Assembly (NCBI RefSeq): GCF_006345805.1
Contig: NC_042997.1
Location: 112,716,001-112,780,000 of the forward strand
DNA from: Octopus sinensis
Lineage: Eukaryota
DNA: 64,000 nucleotides
Direction of reading: 5' to 3'
Shown here: in pieces, positions 49,291 through 62,119 of the stretch
Position numbering within the stretch: position 1 is the stretch's first letter
Layout of the letters: every line of letters begins with the position of its first letter
Notes under the pieces: model-generated
The model's database searches: none
The model's input: the letters and a program-made list of their open reading frames with translations, nothing else
What the model was told of the DNA's origin: nothing
Made by a program: the position numbers and the translations under genes

Positions 49291-51966
49291 CTCAAAACAC
49301 TTCAGTTTACAAGCATTTTCTGAGGTGTGAGATCCAGGAGTCTAATATAACATCCAGAACCACAGAATGCTACATGGGCAATCTTAGAATAAGAGTCAGG
49401 GCTATTTTAATAAGTTTAAACCTTCACAAACCAGCAGACAAGAGTTATATGGAACAGACTGGTCACTATAGCAACACCAGTTTGCACGTCATTCCCCACC
49501 ACCATATATCTGTGTAAAGATAGCAGTTCTATTACTTTTTATTTATGTGCCATTTTCAAGCCTAGCCAGGCTCATGGGCCCGGTTTCCTGGTTTCTGTGG
49601 CATATGTGTTCCCCCCAGCTGGACGGGATACCAGTGCATTGCAGCGTTACTCAAGAAACAGGAAGAGAGAGTGAGAGAAAGTTGGGGAAAAAGAGTGCAA
49701 CAGGGGTCGCCACCACCCCCTGCCAGAGCCTCGTGGAGCTTTTAGGTGTTTTCGCTCAATAAATACACACAACGCCTGGTCAGGGAATCGAAACCGTGAT
49801 CCTCCGACTGCGAGTCCACTGCCATAACCAATTGCACCTCCACAGCAGTTCTATACCTTCTCCAATTTCTAATCCTGTAATCCTAATTCTACACCTTCTC
49901 CAATTTCTAATCCTGGTTTCAAAATCTTGTTACAAGGCCAGAAAGTTCTGGGGAGTGAGGAAAGTTGATTACATTGACCCCTGAAAGGACAAAAGGTAAA
50001 GTTAACCTCAGTGGAATTTGAACTCAGAACGTAAAGACAGACAAAATGCTTCTAACCATTTTGCCTGGCATGCTAACAATTCTGCCAGCTCACCATCTGA
50101 CCAATGATAATAATAATCTTTTCTACTGGAAGCACAAGGCCTGAACTTTTAGGGGGAGCAGGGGCTAGTCAACTACACTGACCCCAATGCTTGACTGGCA
50201 CTTATTTAATCGACTCAAGAAAGGATGAAAGCCAAGGTTGAACTCAGGGCTGTATAGATGGATGATGTGCTGCTTGGCATGCTAATGGTTCTGCCAATTT
50301 GCAGCCTTCTAACTTTGAAATATCAAAGAAATACAAAGTAAAAAAAACATTAACTGTTTTCAATCGTTTAATAAGTTTTAGTCTAATGAAATATCATATT
50401 TTTAACATAGCCACAAGGTCTGACATAGAGGAGAAAGGTACAGGGGTTAGTTGATTAAACTAACCCTACTATTTCGCAGGTGCTTTTATATTATTGACCC
50501 CAGAGGGATGAGAGGCAGTCTGCCTTAGTGAGATTTGAACACAGAATGTAAAGAGCTGCAAGAAATACCGCAAGGCATTTTATTTGACACTCCAGCCATT
50601 CTAACAATCCATCACCCTAAAAAGTCTAATTAATAATCAATTTTCAATTTCCAGTTGAATGTGTCATTAGTTATTCTATATTGATTGATTAAATATCAGA
50701 TGATTTCCAGCAGCCATTCATCACTGAACTAGAGTTTAAACATTCATGTAATCAATTGAATTTAAGTATTGATAATATGTGTATGTGTGTATGTGTACAC
50801 ACACACTCACACACAATCAACATCATTTTAGGGCCCACCTTTCAAGGTATAGATTGGATGGAGCTTGCTGAGACAGATTTTCAACAGCTGGGTACCCTTC
50901 CTGTCACCAAACTTTATTCGTTTCCAAGCAAGGTAATATTTCTCCATGGCCAGACATGTTCTCTCAGAAGATCAGAAATGAATGGCACTGCTTGGGATAT
51001 TACAGTAACACTCATTTACAACTATCATGTGATGTCAACAGAAGCAGACACAAATACACACACACACACACAATCATCATCATCTGATTTCCATGCTGGC
51101 ATGGGTTCATCATCATTATCATCACCATCATTTAACATTTGTTGTCTATACTGGCATGAGTTGGACGGTTTGACCAGGGCTGGTAAGCTCGAAGGCTGCA
51201 CTAAACTCCAGTCCGTTTTGGCATGGTTTTCTATGGCTAGATGCCTTTCCTTATGCCAACCACTCCAAGTGTAATGAGTGTTTTTACATGCCACCGGCAC
51301 AGGTACCAATTTGTGTAACACCGGTATCTGCCATGACTGCAATTTTGCTCAGCTTGATGGGTCTTCTTCTCAAGCACGACATAATGCCAAAGGTCTTGGC
51401 CATTGCCTCCCTGAGGCCCAACACTTCAAAGGAGCTTTTCGGACATACTTGCATATATATATATAATCAAAATAAGCAGTAAGGATATTCAAAGGTAATG
51501 CAGTATGATCGTTTCATGCAACTCCATTTAATTAAACAATGCAAGTATTACATCAGTTTTAAAATGCAGAGCAATCTTCAGCTGCATATAAATATAGAAT
51601 TTAGTTAAATTTAAAAGATTCCTTTTTATAGTTATTCCATTTACCAACATCACAAAGAACGTAAGTAGGTAGACAGAGAAACAAGTTTCATCAACAAAAT
51701 TCTGGTGCCTTTAACTTAAGTACCATATTCAACTAAATCTAAATTTTTACAGAACTTATATATAGATAGATACATAAGTATATATATGTATGTGTCAAGG
51801 CATGTCATTTGTTTCCAGTCATCTGTGAAAAACGTCCAATCATGTGGAAATATTACCTTGCTTGGAAACATGTGAGGGTTGGTGACAGGAAGAGCATCCA
51901 CCTCAACAAATTTCATCTGACCCATGCAAGCATGGAAAAGTGACAGTGAGAGCGATGATGGTGGTA

Positions 51967-52006
<40 letters not shown>

Positions 52007-52120
52007 GGGTAGTTAGTGTTGATGCTGCTGCTGCTGATGGTGGCAACGGTCATGATATACAAATAAGATTATGTAGGGTTTAAGATACTGTTGACATTTG
52101 TAAGCCACCAAATACATTAC

Positions 52121-52260
52121 CTGTTGCATAATGGCTATAAATTCTGAGAAAGACCAATTCAGTTGACTTAGCATCGTGTCAAGAAAACGGATGGCACGTT
52201 CACGATCTTCTCGTAACATTTCAGATAAAAGATCTTGAAACACTTTTGAAGGACACGGCT
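52121..52260 (-). CDS. RNF123: RNF123-like exon (PCPSKVFQDLL...FLDTMLSQLNWSFSEFIAIMQQ)
   Basis: gtttcag acceptor and gtaatg donor; matches PCPS..LQ...[22 protein letters not shown]. Confidence 0.95.
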
Positions 52261-52432
52261 CTGAAACACAAAGAAAAAGGGATTAACTAATTTCAATTAA
52301 CTGATATTAATAAATTTTATGAGAAAATGACGGATCCTCAACATGATTGCTTGCTTTGTTAGTAATAGCAGCCAAATCTCTCTCAAATCACAACCTACGG
52401 TCGTAAACAAATAAAGAAAAAATCATATTAGA

Positions 52433-52666
52433 CCGATGGTTCTCAACTATTTTTTTTCTCTATTTTACTCAGATTGGTCCTGGAAGATATTCGATATTTA
52501 AAAAAATCTAATTAAACTTATAGAATTAAATATTTTTAGGAATGTATAAAAATATTGTTAAAATATTTGGTGATTTAAAGCATAGGCAATATCTTACACA
52601 AATTTTAACAAAAACATCTTATAACAGATCTCCAAAAGTCATATGAACCCCAGGTGAGAACCACAA
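52433..52666. mobile_element. hAT-type MITE
   Basis: Termini gatggttctcaac and gtgagaaccac; attaga flanks both sides. Confidence 0.55.
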
Positions 52667-53408
52667 CATTAGATAATCTAAGACGTCCCTTAGAACATAC
52701 AATGGCCACAGATAATTTATTCAGCTATAGTGTATCTAGAACTACACTATTCAATGTGTCCGTTACTTTTTAAAGATATAAAGGTGATGGTGGCACATGA
52801 AAAGCACCCACTACACTCTCAGAGTGGTTGGCGTTAGGAAGGGCATCCAGGTGCAGAAACCTTGTCAGATCAGATTGCCAGTCCTCAGTCAACCCGTCCA
52901 ACTTATGCCAGCATGGAAGGTGGATGTTAAATGATGGTGATGATGATGGAAGGTGTTATTTGAGGGAGATTTGGATACTGTTTTTAACAAGGTGAGTGAC
53001 CACATAAAGACTCCCTTTAGATGTTTCTCTGAGACAATGGCTGTGATATTAAGGAGCTGGACTGCAAACAACATGAGCAAGGTTCTTTCCTCTATTTATG
53101 CAGGTTTATTGAACAAATAAGAAAAATGCTATAATTAAGTTGAGAGCCAAAAGGATATGTAAGAGTGAAAAGCAACCAATCTGACAAAATAAAATTCTGA
53201 GTTAAGAAAAAAGAAGCAGGTCAGAAATATGAGCGGTTTTGACAGATACAATACCATTCTTAGCTCCTTCCATAAGCAATGTAGTGGAGTGAGTTGGGGA
53301 GAGAGGAAGGGTGAGAGGAGAGAATGTGAGTGATGAGGAGGCATGCATTAGAAATGATGAATGATGGAGTGGAAATGACTGATCCTGGAAATAGCAGTAT
53401 AAATGGTT

Positions 53409-53833
53409 TGTACATTATTTTCATTTGATGGATATTTGTCCTCATCTTGTTTGTTGTTAATATGTTTCAGCCTTTATCAGGTGTCTTGGGGAAATTTTGA
53501 ACCTGAGTTCTCATTCCTAAGGTATTTTTTGATGTTATTATTATTATTCAGGTCACTGTCTGGAATTGAACTCGGAATCTTGGGGTCAAGAGCACGGGCT
53601 ACTAACCCCAAGATTCTCAGTTCGATCCCAGACAGTGACGACAACGATGACGATGACAACATCGAAAAATACCTTAGGAATGAGAACCCAGGTTCAAAAT
53701 TTCCCCAAGACATCTAATGAAGGCTGGAGGGTATATCAGCCGAAACATTCTGTTAACAACAAACAAGATGAGGACAGATATCCATCAAATGTAAATAATG
53801 TAGATAATTCCTCATCTCTTAAATACACAACTG
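53409..53833. mobile_element. Palindromic tRNA-headed hammerhead element, copy 6 (centre deleted)
   Basis: 9-bp TSD taaatggtt (53400-53408 and 53834-53842). Confidence 0.85.
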
Positions 53834-54371
53834 TAAATGGTTGGTAATATAGAGACCAGAATGAGACGACTGGGCACAGCTGTTTGAATGCTGATGATTT
53901 GGCATGACTGACTGGGCATTTGGCCTGTTCTGGTAACAGCACTGTTTGGCATCAGAGGCAAATGTGCACACACACATACACAGGTGCAGAAATATACACA
54001 TACTGATAGAGAGGGAGAGAGAAAGTTTATTAATCGAGTATGAGTGACATAAACACTCTTCCTCTCCTCACACACATATAAGCAGAGAGAGGGAGAGCAA
54101 GAGAGAGGTAAGGAGGAAGGGAGAGAACAAGAGAAACATACAAATGAGTCAGTGTCAAATGAGTCAGTGCCGAAATGTTCATGGGTGTTGTTAGGTAATT
54201 CTTCACACCCAAGAAATACATTTTCATTCACAAACACAACAGCAGCAGCCAATACCACAACCACAACCAGCAATACCAGTGCCATTGCTCAGTATTACCA
54301 ATATAGGTGACTTTATGAAATGGAAATGACAATGTTTTTAGGGAGCTATAAAGCTAAATAAATCCACTTAC

Positions 54372-54462
54372 TCTGAAGGCTTGCAACCCCTAATTCTGTC
54401 GTCTGAAGTTTGGAAGGAACAAGATGTGGGAGGTGTGTGTACCGGTAACCAAAGCCGCAACC
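54372..54462 (-). CDS. RNF123: RNF123-like exon (GCGFGYRYTHLPHLVPSKLQTTELGVASLQ)
   Basis: ttttcag acceptor and gtaagt donor; matches GCGFGYRYTRLPHL. Confidence 0.95.
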
Positions 54463-54738
54463 CTGAAAAGTGATAGGTTTGTCACTGAACAGATTAGTTT
54501 CATATTTAATAGGTCATTTCATACATACACACACACGCACACACACAAATGCATGATGTCTCAGAATACATGAAAAATATTTATATAAAATTCCTTTTAG
54601 TTTATTAATGGTTTTATGAGACATAAATTAGAGAAAATTTTAATATTTTCAAAATTTAATGAAACCCATAATGTTTATTCACGTAAATCCTGAAGGTTTC
54701 TATGGTTTCTTTTCATGTTAAGAACTATTATTATTATT

Positions 54739-55176
54739 GCCTTTGCACAGCTTCTAATGTTGGAGATGTACTATGGTGTTAGCTGTTCACTACCAGTGAG
54801 CTAAGGCAACACCTCTTAGTTTTTGAGCACCTTCCAGAGTATTTGAGCAATTCCAAGCAGTGCTGTTTTCTTCAAGTGCTCCACCCTTATTGCAGCCCCT
54901 ATTTGTTCCATGTACTTCTCAAGATTTTTACTCACTGTTCCCAGAGCTCCGACAATTATTTTTCATCAACCACAGCTGCTTAACCTCCCAAGCTAACCTG
55001 TCATATCTCTTGACTTTTCTTTCTTCCTTATCGCATACCTTGTCAGCTGGGTCATGCTATATCTATGATCCAGCATCATTTACTTTCTTTCTCAATTAAG
55101 ACTATGTCCGGTTTCCTATGCTCTATCTCATGGTCGCTCTGAATCATAAAATCCCACAGGATCTTTGCATTATCAT
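54739..55176 (-). mobile_element. 3' fragment of an R4/Dong-like RLE retrotransposon
   Basis: Minus strand encodes DNAKILWDFMI and KTALLGIAQILWKVL; the 3' end abuts (TAA)n. Confidence 0.7.
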
Positions 55177-55235
55177 TAAAAAAAAAATAATGCAATAACC
55201 ACCGCTGCCACCACTACCATCACCATCATCAAGAC

Positions 55236-56020
55236 AGTGAGCTGGCAGAATTGTTAGCACAGTGGGCAAAATGCTTAGCAGGATTTCATCTGTCTCTATG
55301 TTCTGAGTTCAAATTTCACCACAGACAACTTTGCCTTTAATCCTTTTGGAGTCAATAAATTAAGCTCAAGTGAAACACTTGGGTTGACTAATCCCCTGCC
55401 CCAAAAACTTCAACCTTTGTGCCTTTAGTAGAAAGGATTATTATTATTATATTATTATTATTATTATTATTATTATTACTACTAAGACTGCAAGCTGGCA
55501 GAATTGTTTGTGTGTTGGACAAAATGCTCAGAGGTTTACTTTACATTCTGAGGTCAAATCCCACCATGATCAACTTTGCCTTTGATCCTTTCAGGGGTTG
55601 ATAAAATAAAATATCAGTCAAGTACTGGGGTTCAATATAATCAACAAAGCTGCTCATACAAAAATTGCTGGCTTTGAACGAAAATTTGAAACCAGAACTT
55701 GGTACAGCCTTCTGGCTTGCCAGTCTTCGGTCAAACCATCCAACCCATGCCAGCATGGAAAGCGGACGTTAAACGATAATGATGATGATTAAAAAAGGTG
55801 GCAAGCTGGGAGAATTGTTAGCATACTGGGCAAAATACTTAGCAGTATTTCATCTGCCGCTACATTCTGAGTTCAAATTTTGCTGGGGTCAACTTTGCTT
55901 TTCATCCTTTCGGGGTCAATTTAACAAGTACCAGTTATACACTGGGGCGATGAAATCGACTAGCACCCCCGCCCACCAATTTCAGGCCTTGTGCCTTTAG
56001 TAGAAAGGATTATTATTATT
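55236..56020 (+). mobile_element. Chain of three family A SINEs separated by (TTA)n, with an RTE 3' stub
   Basis: Heads at about 55236, 55495 and 55797; (tta)n at 55438-55478 and about 56008-56022. Confidence 0.8.
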
Positions 56021-56129
56021 ATGATTAAAATATAATTATAAATATGATAATTAATAATACCATTGGTTATTCAGTTTAATTATGATGGTATGAGGAATAA
56101 GAGCTGGTGAAGAAAATATTTCAACTAAC

Positions 56130-56217
56130 CTTCCATATTCGGACCAAAATCCAGTTTGTCTGCGCCCAAGACCGATTATCATAAGGTGCTGTAAGGTAGT
56201 GCATCATGCTCTTTTTA
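56130..56217 (-). CDS. RNF123: RNF123-like exon ([29 protein letters not shown])
   Basis: ttttcag acceptor and gttagt donor; matches [22 protein letters not shown]. Confidence 0.95.
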
Positions 56218-57340
56218 CTGAAAAATATACATAGAATATATGTAGGGTGACATGCCGTGCTTGGGGAGACCTATCAGCAATATCAAAATCAAATCAAATG
56301 GAAATTGTAGTTGTGAACCCCATGCCGGTAGCACATAAAAAGCACCATCCAAACGTGGCCAATGCCAGTGCCGCTTTGACTGGCATCTCTGCTGGTGGCA
56401 TGTAAAAAGCACCCACTACACTCTCGGAGTGGTTGGCATTAGGAATGGCATCCAGCTATAGAAACACTGCCAGATCAGATTGGGGCCTGGTGCAGCCTCC
56501 TGGCTGCCCAGACCCCAGCCAAACCGTCCAACCTATGCCAGCATGGAAAATGGATGTTAAACAATGATGATGATGATGATGATATCATCACCATCATTTT
56601 ATGTCTGCTTTCCATGCTGGTATGGGTTAGATATTTCAACAGGAGCCAATGGGTCAGAAGGCCAAGTCTTGCTCTAGCCCCCACTTACACACATTCACTA
56701 CCCCCACCCTGAAAGGGCCACATACACACACCTCCCACTTTTACCCATCTCTGTACATGGATACTCTCCTGTACATACACCCCCACCCCCAGACCACTTT
56801 CCCTTTTTTAATTCCCTGCCCACATACAACTGCCTTCTCCACTAGTGACTCCATCAGTTATGACAACAAAGTGGTCAAGTTGATCTGATCAACGGAATAG
56901 CCTGTTTGTAAAAATTAATGTGCAAGTGGCTGAGTACTCCACAGACACACATACCCTTAACATAGTTCTCAGGGAGATTCAGCACGACACAGAATGTGAC
57001 AAGGCCAGCCCTTTGAAATACAAGTGAAACTCATATTTGCCAGCAGAGTGGACTGGAGTAACGTGAAGTAAAGTGTCTTGCTGAAGAACACACTGTGCCA
57101 TTGGGCATCAAACGCATGACCTTATGATTGAGAGCCAAATAACCTTGACCTAACCACCAAGCCACATACTGTCTCACCTGGCTCCTAACCCCACCTTTTG
57201 AATTCATTTTGTTTCCCTTTTCCATCCAGTCACTTCTCTTTCACACTCCGCCTTTACTTTCCTTTTATACCCTACAGATAAAGGACTAGTGTCCGAAACA
57301 TCAAGACCTTCAAGTTATTAAGTTCATACTCATACTCGGC

Positions 57341-58128
57341 AGAGTGTAAGTACCTTGAGAGAAAAGCTGGACCTAAGAAGCATCAGTTGTGGTGTGCAAG
57401 AGAGACGTTTGCACTGGTATGGTCATGTGGCGAGAATGGATGAAGATAGTTGTGTGAAAAAGTGCCACACCCTAGCGGTTGAGGGAACCTGTGGAAGAGG
57501 CAGACCCAGGAAAACCTGGGACGAGGTGGTGAAGCACGACCTTCGAACTTTAGGTCTCACTGAGGAAATGATTAGAGACCGAGTCCTCTGGAAGTGTGCT
57601 GTGCGCGAGAAGACCTGGCAGGACAAGTGAGTGCATAACCCGTGGCCTTCTACATGGGATGGAGCCAGCCTACGTATGCATACCTTCCCTTCTTGGGACA
57701 CAAAACTCTACTTGTGAAGACCTGTTGAGGCAAGTGAGGATCAGAATGGAAATCAATCAATGGAAATTGCAGATGCGTTACCAGTGCCGGTGGCATGTAA
57801 GAGAACCTTCCGTTTCGCGACCGTTGCCAGCACCGCCCCGTTTCGTGTCCGTTGCCAGCCTCGCCTGGCCCTCGTGCCGGTGGCACATAAAAAGCACCAT
57901 CCGTTCGTGGCCGTTTGCCAGCTCTGTCTGGCACCTGTGCGGGTGGCACGTAAAAAGCACCCACTACACTCATGGAGTGGTTGGCGTTAGGAAGGGCATC
58001 CAGCCGTAGAAACACTGCCAGATTTGACTGGGCCTGATGAAGCCTTCTGGCTTCACAGACCCCAGTAGAACCGTCCAACCTATGCTAGCATGGAAAACGG
58101 ACGCTAAATGATGATGATGATGATGATG
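57341..58128 (+). mobile_element. RTE-clade LINE 3' end (ORF C-terminus plus full 3' UTR)
   Basis: RRLHWYGHVARM and GRGRPRKTW motifs; 3' UTR with repeated gtgccggtggcacgtaaaaagcacc modules and (gat)n tail. Source of more than a dozen UTR-only stubs in the window. Confidence 0.9.
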
Positions 58129-58906
58129 AACATTTGTTAAAATGTGTCCCTCTGGTAATGTCTGCTTTAATTTTGAGTTCTGTGGCTGTGTGGCAAGAAG
58201 TTTGCTTCTCAACCACATGGTTCTGCTTACAGTCCCACTATGTGACACCTTGGGCAAGTGTCTTTCACTATAGCCTCAGGCAGACCAAAGCCTCGTGAGT
58301 GGATTTGGTAGGCGGAAACTAAAAGAAGCCCTTCTTTAGTGTTTGTGTGTGTGTGAGAATGTGTGTGTCTTTATTTGTCCACCTCTCCAAACCACTTGAT
58401 AATCAGAGTTGGTGGGTCTACGTCCCTATAACTTAGAGGTTTAGTAAAAAGAGACGGCTGATGGCATGTAAAAAGCACCATTTGAGCATGGTTGATGCCA
58501 GTGGCATGTAAAAGACACCCACTATACTCTTGGAATGTAGGCATTAGGAAGAGCATCCAGCTGTAAAACCTTACCAGATCAGATTGGTGCAGCCTCCTAG
58601 CTTGCCAGTCCTCAATCAAACCATCCAATCCATGCCAGCATGGAAAGCAGTCATTAAACAATGATGATGATGGAGTAAGTAGCAGGCTTTTAAAAAGTAG
58701 GTCACGAGGTCAATTCATTCAACTAAAAATTCTTCAAAGTGGTGCCCCAGCATGGCCACAGACTAATGATTGAAACAAGCAAAAGATAAGATGACTGTAA
58801 ACACACACACACACACACATGTATACATACATAAGAAAAATCAAATCAAATCATCATCATCAAACAACGATGATGAATAAAATAAGGTAGAAAAAAAAAG
58901 GCAAAC

Positions 58907-58994
58907 CTTTCCAAAGGTAAATCTTCTAAGACTTCAAGAGAATAAGGAAAACAAGCAAAGCATGCCAAGGCTTGTGTTATATTGTCCCGTAGAT
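58907..58994 (-). CDS. RNF123: RNF123-like exon (DLRDNITQALACFACFPYSLEVLEDLPLE)
   Basis: ttttatag acceptor and gtttgc donor; resembles [24 protein letters not shown]. Confidence 0.9.
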
Positions 58995-59094
58995 CTATAA
59001 AAGAGAAATAATGAAGTAAATGACAAGAACAGGTTTGTTGCAGAGACACAACAAAAGAGTTCAATTTAAAACAGTCACTCATAAATTGAGAAAT

Positions 59095-59095
<1 letters not shown>

Positions 59096-59157
<62 letters not shown>

Positions 59158-59162
59158 TAATA

Positions 59163-59228
<66 letters not shown>

Positions 59229-59249
59229 TATAATAATAATAATAATAAT
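59096..59249. repeat. Long (TAA)n microsatellite
   Basis: About 150 bp of TAA with two small interruptions. Confidence 0.98.
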
Positions 59250-60880
59250 GATGATGAAAAATGACAGAAACATCTAACGTTAATCTTGACCAGCAGAATG
59301 TCATAAAAGAACTAGACCCAGCGGAGAGCTACAAGTACCTAGGGGTAATTGAAGGGAATGGAATAAAGCATTCAGAGATGAAGGAAAGGATCAGGAGAGA
59401 ATGTTACCGAAGAGTGAGAGCAATACTCAAGACAGAGCTGAATGCAAGAAACAGGATCGAAGCGATCAATGCATAAGCCATACCAGTCGTGACTTACAGT
59501 TTCAATATCGTTAACTGGTCAATTACTGAAATATGTCAGCTCGACAGAAAAATAAGAAAACTGTTGACAATGCATAGAATGCACCACCCTAAGGCAGATA
59601 CAGAACGACTTTATCTGCCAAGAAAAGAGGGAGGCCGTGGTCTTTTGCAACTGGCAATAACAATGAAGATTGCTACAATTGGCCTAGACACCTACCTGAA
59701 AAAGTCTGAGGATAGGATGTTAAAACTTGTCTCAAAACATGAAAACAAGAAAGCATCATACTCAGTAACAAAACAGGCAAAGGAATATCTAAGTGAATTC
59801 CGAATACAACAAATTTCGGAATTAGAGATAGACATACAAGAAACAAGCACAGAAAAAGCTAGGCGCATGAAAACCCGTGCCAAAACTGCGGCCTTAGATA
59901 TTCTGAATAATAAATGGCAAGAAAAACCTCTCTATGGCAAATACCCAAAGAGAGCGAATAATGCAGATATTGACAAAGCCCTGACCCATCAATGGCTAAT
60001 GGCCTCTGGCTTAAAATCTGAAACAGAAGGGTTTATCATAGCAGTTCAAGATCAATGCCTACCAACAAGAAACTACCAGGCCAACATATTAAAGAACGGC
60101 AGTAGCCCAACATGTCATGTATGCCAACAACAAAATGAAACCATTGATCATGTAGTCTCCAAATGCAGTCTTCTAGCGCCTACAGAGTACCTCAACAGAC
60201 ATGATAGAGCTGCACAATATATTCACTGGGTAATTTGCAAAAACCTGAATTTGCCCCATGAAAAAAACTGGTGGGAACACAATCCACCTCCAGTGCTTGA
60301 AAATGACCACATCTCACTCCTCTGGAACTTCACCATTCAAACTGACAGAAAGATAGATGCAAATAGGCCAGACATCATATTGAAAGACTTCAGACAAAGA
60401 ACATGCCTCCTCATTGATATGACTGTCCCAATCGATATAAACGTATTTGTCAAGACCTATCAAAAACTGAGCAAATATAAAGATCTTGAAATAGAAATCA
60501 GCAAAATGTGGAACCTGAAGACTAAAACAATACCTGTTGTCATAGGTGCCCTGGGAATGATAGCGAAAGGGGCTGATTGCTACCTAACTCAGATACCAGG
60601 AAACCCCAAAATGGCAGAAATTCAAAAGATAGTGCTCATGGGAACTGCTCATATCCTACGCAAAATACTCTCTATGTAATCCCAAGGTTTAAAACAAACT
60701 TTTTTTTTTTTATTTATGTATTAGACATTCACTAATACAACACCAAAAAAAAAAAAAACCCAAATATATGGCACACTAGGCATAACAACAACGTGAACTT
60801 CCAACCTGTTGTCTCTTGAGGTCTCTGGGTGAGACTTGGAGCCAACTTGTACAGACATAAAGCAAAAGTCAAACATAGAA
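59250..60880 (+). mobile_element. 5'-truncated R4/Dong-like non-LTR retrotransposon with restriction-like endonuclease
   Basis: ORF 59261-60679 with one premature TAA (59474-59476): YKYLG, LYLPRKEGGRGL, C..C....ETIDHVVSKC, RHD, NRPDII...C.LIDMTVP, KLSKYKDL. (TAA)n flanks both sides. Confidence 0.92.
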
Positions 60881-61152
60881 TAATAATAATAATAATAATA
60901 ATAACTGTCACTACTAATAATAGTAATAATAATCCTTTCTAATATAGGCACAAGGCCTGAAATTTGAGGGGAGGAGCGACTAGTCGATTACATTGACCCC
61001 AGTGTTTTACTGGTACTTATTTTACGGACCCAGAAAGGATGAAATGCAAAGTCAACCTCAGCAACAGGCGAAATACCGCTAAGTCTTTTGTCCAGCGCGC
61101 TAACAATTCTGCCAGTTTGCCATAATAATAATTAATAATAATAATAATAATT

Positions 61153-61577
61153 AAGGCCAATAGGCCGGATATATTTGTCAGAGATCATCAAGACAAAAAA
61201 CACTTTCTAATTGATGTATCAATGCCAACCAATGACAATGTTTCTCTGTAAGAAATGGAGAAACTTTCAAAATACAAAGACCTGGAAATAGAGGTAAATC
61301 GAACGTAGAATCTAAAAACAGAAACAATTTCTATCATTGTAGGCACATTAGGTATGATAAAAAAATATTCAGACAAATACATAATAAAAACACCAGGACT
61401 AACAAGTATACATAACATACAGAAAATAACACTATTATACACTGCACATATCTTACGTAAAACACTTTCAATACAGTAACCATAAGAGCATTACAACAAA
61501 CTACAGCACGTATCCAAGACACACAGAGCTGTGCTCGGTAGTGCATTGAAAGCACGTGATAAAATAAGACTACTGAA
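61153..61577 (+). mobile_element. 3' fragment of a second R4/Dong-like subfamily
   Basis: NRPDI, FLIDVSMP, EKLSKYKDLEIE and IIVGTLG motifs; different 3' UTR; (TAA)n on both sides. Confidence 0.8.
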
Positions 61578-62086
61578 TAATAATAACAATTTCAAATTTT
61601 TGCCACAAGGGCAGCTTGGTGGAGGGGATAAAGTCAATTACATCGATTCTAGTGTTTCACTGGTACTTACTTAATAGATCTCGAAAGGTTGAAAGGCAAA
61701 GTCAACCTTGGCAGAATTGGAACTCAGAAAGTAGCGACATGCGAAATACCACTAAGCATTTCATCCAGTGCAGTGCCAATTCTGCCAGCTCACCACCTTA
61801 ATAATAATGACAATGGCTGTGGTGGTGCCGCCGATGATGATATATCACATATACTGAGAAGGGCATTGTTGCAGTGAATTTTCTTTCCCTTTTCCTCACC
61901 AATTTTTTTTTTGTTTTCTTTCATTTTTACCCTATTCTTTTAAAACTTTTTCTTCTTTCCTTTTTCCCTATCACATGACTTTGTAAATGAACAATCTGGT
62001 GTGTTTATTTTAATGTATACAGTGAGTTTCTTTGCCCTAAGTGTTTGGAAGACACTTGGCAAGAAATAAAAACAAAACTGAAAGAG

Positions 62087-62119
<33 letters not shown>

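Noticed and set aside
53812-54285. 157-aa minus-strand ORF next to an RNF123 exon
   Set aside because: Low-complexity purine-rich and (CA)n sequence; not needed for, and not similar to, the RNF123 frame.
58034-58056. CTGATGA-AGCC-TTCT-GGCT as a hammerhead
   Set aside because: No GAAA follows; it is a point variant of the RTE UTR sequence cctggtgcagccttctggct.
57596-58078. 137-142-aa ORFs on both strands (similar ones near 37556, 38139, 46098 and 50756)
   Set aside because: They fall in RTE 3' UTR repeats, recur wherever the repeat occurs, and show no protein motif.
58846-59304. Long poly-Tyr and poly-Ile ORFs
   Set aside because: They are translations of the (TAA)n tract; only 58907-58994 is a real exon.
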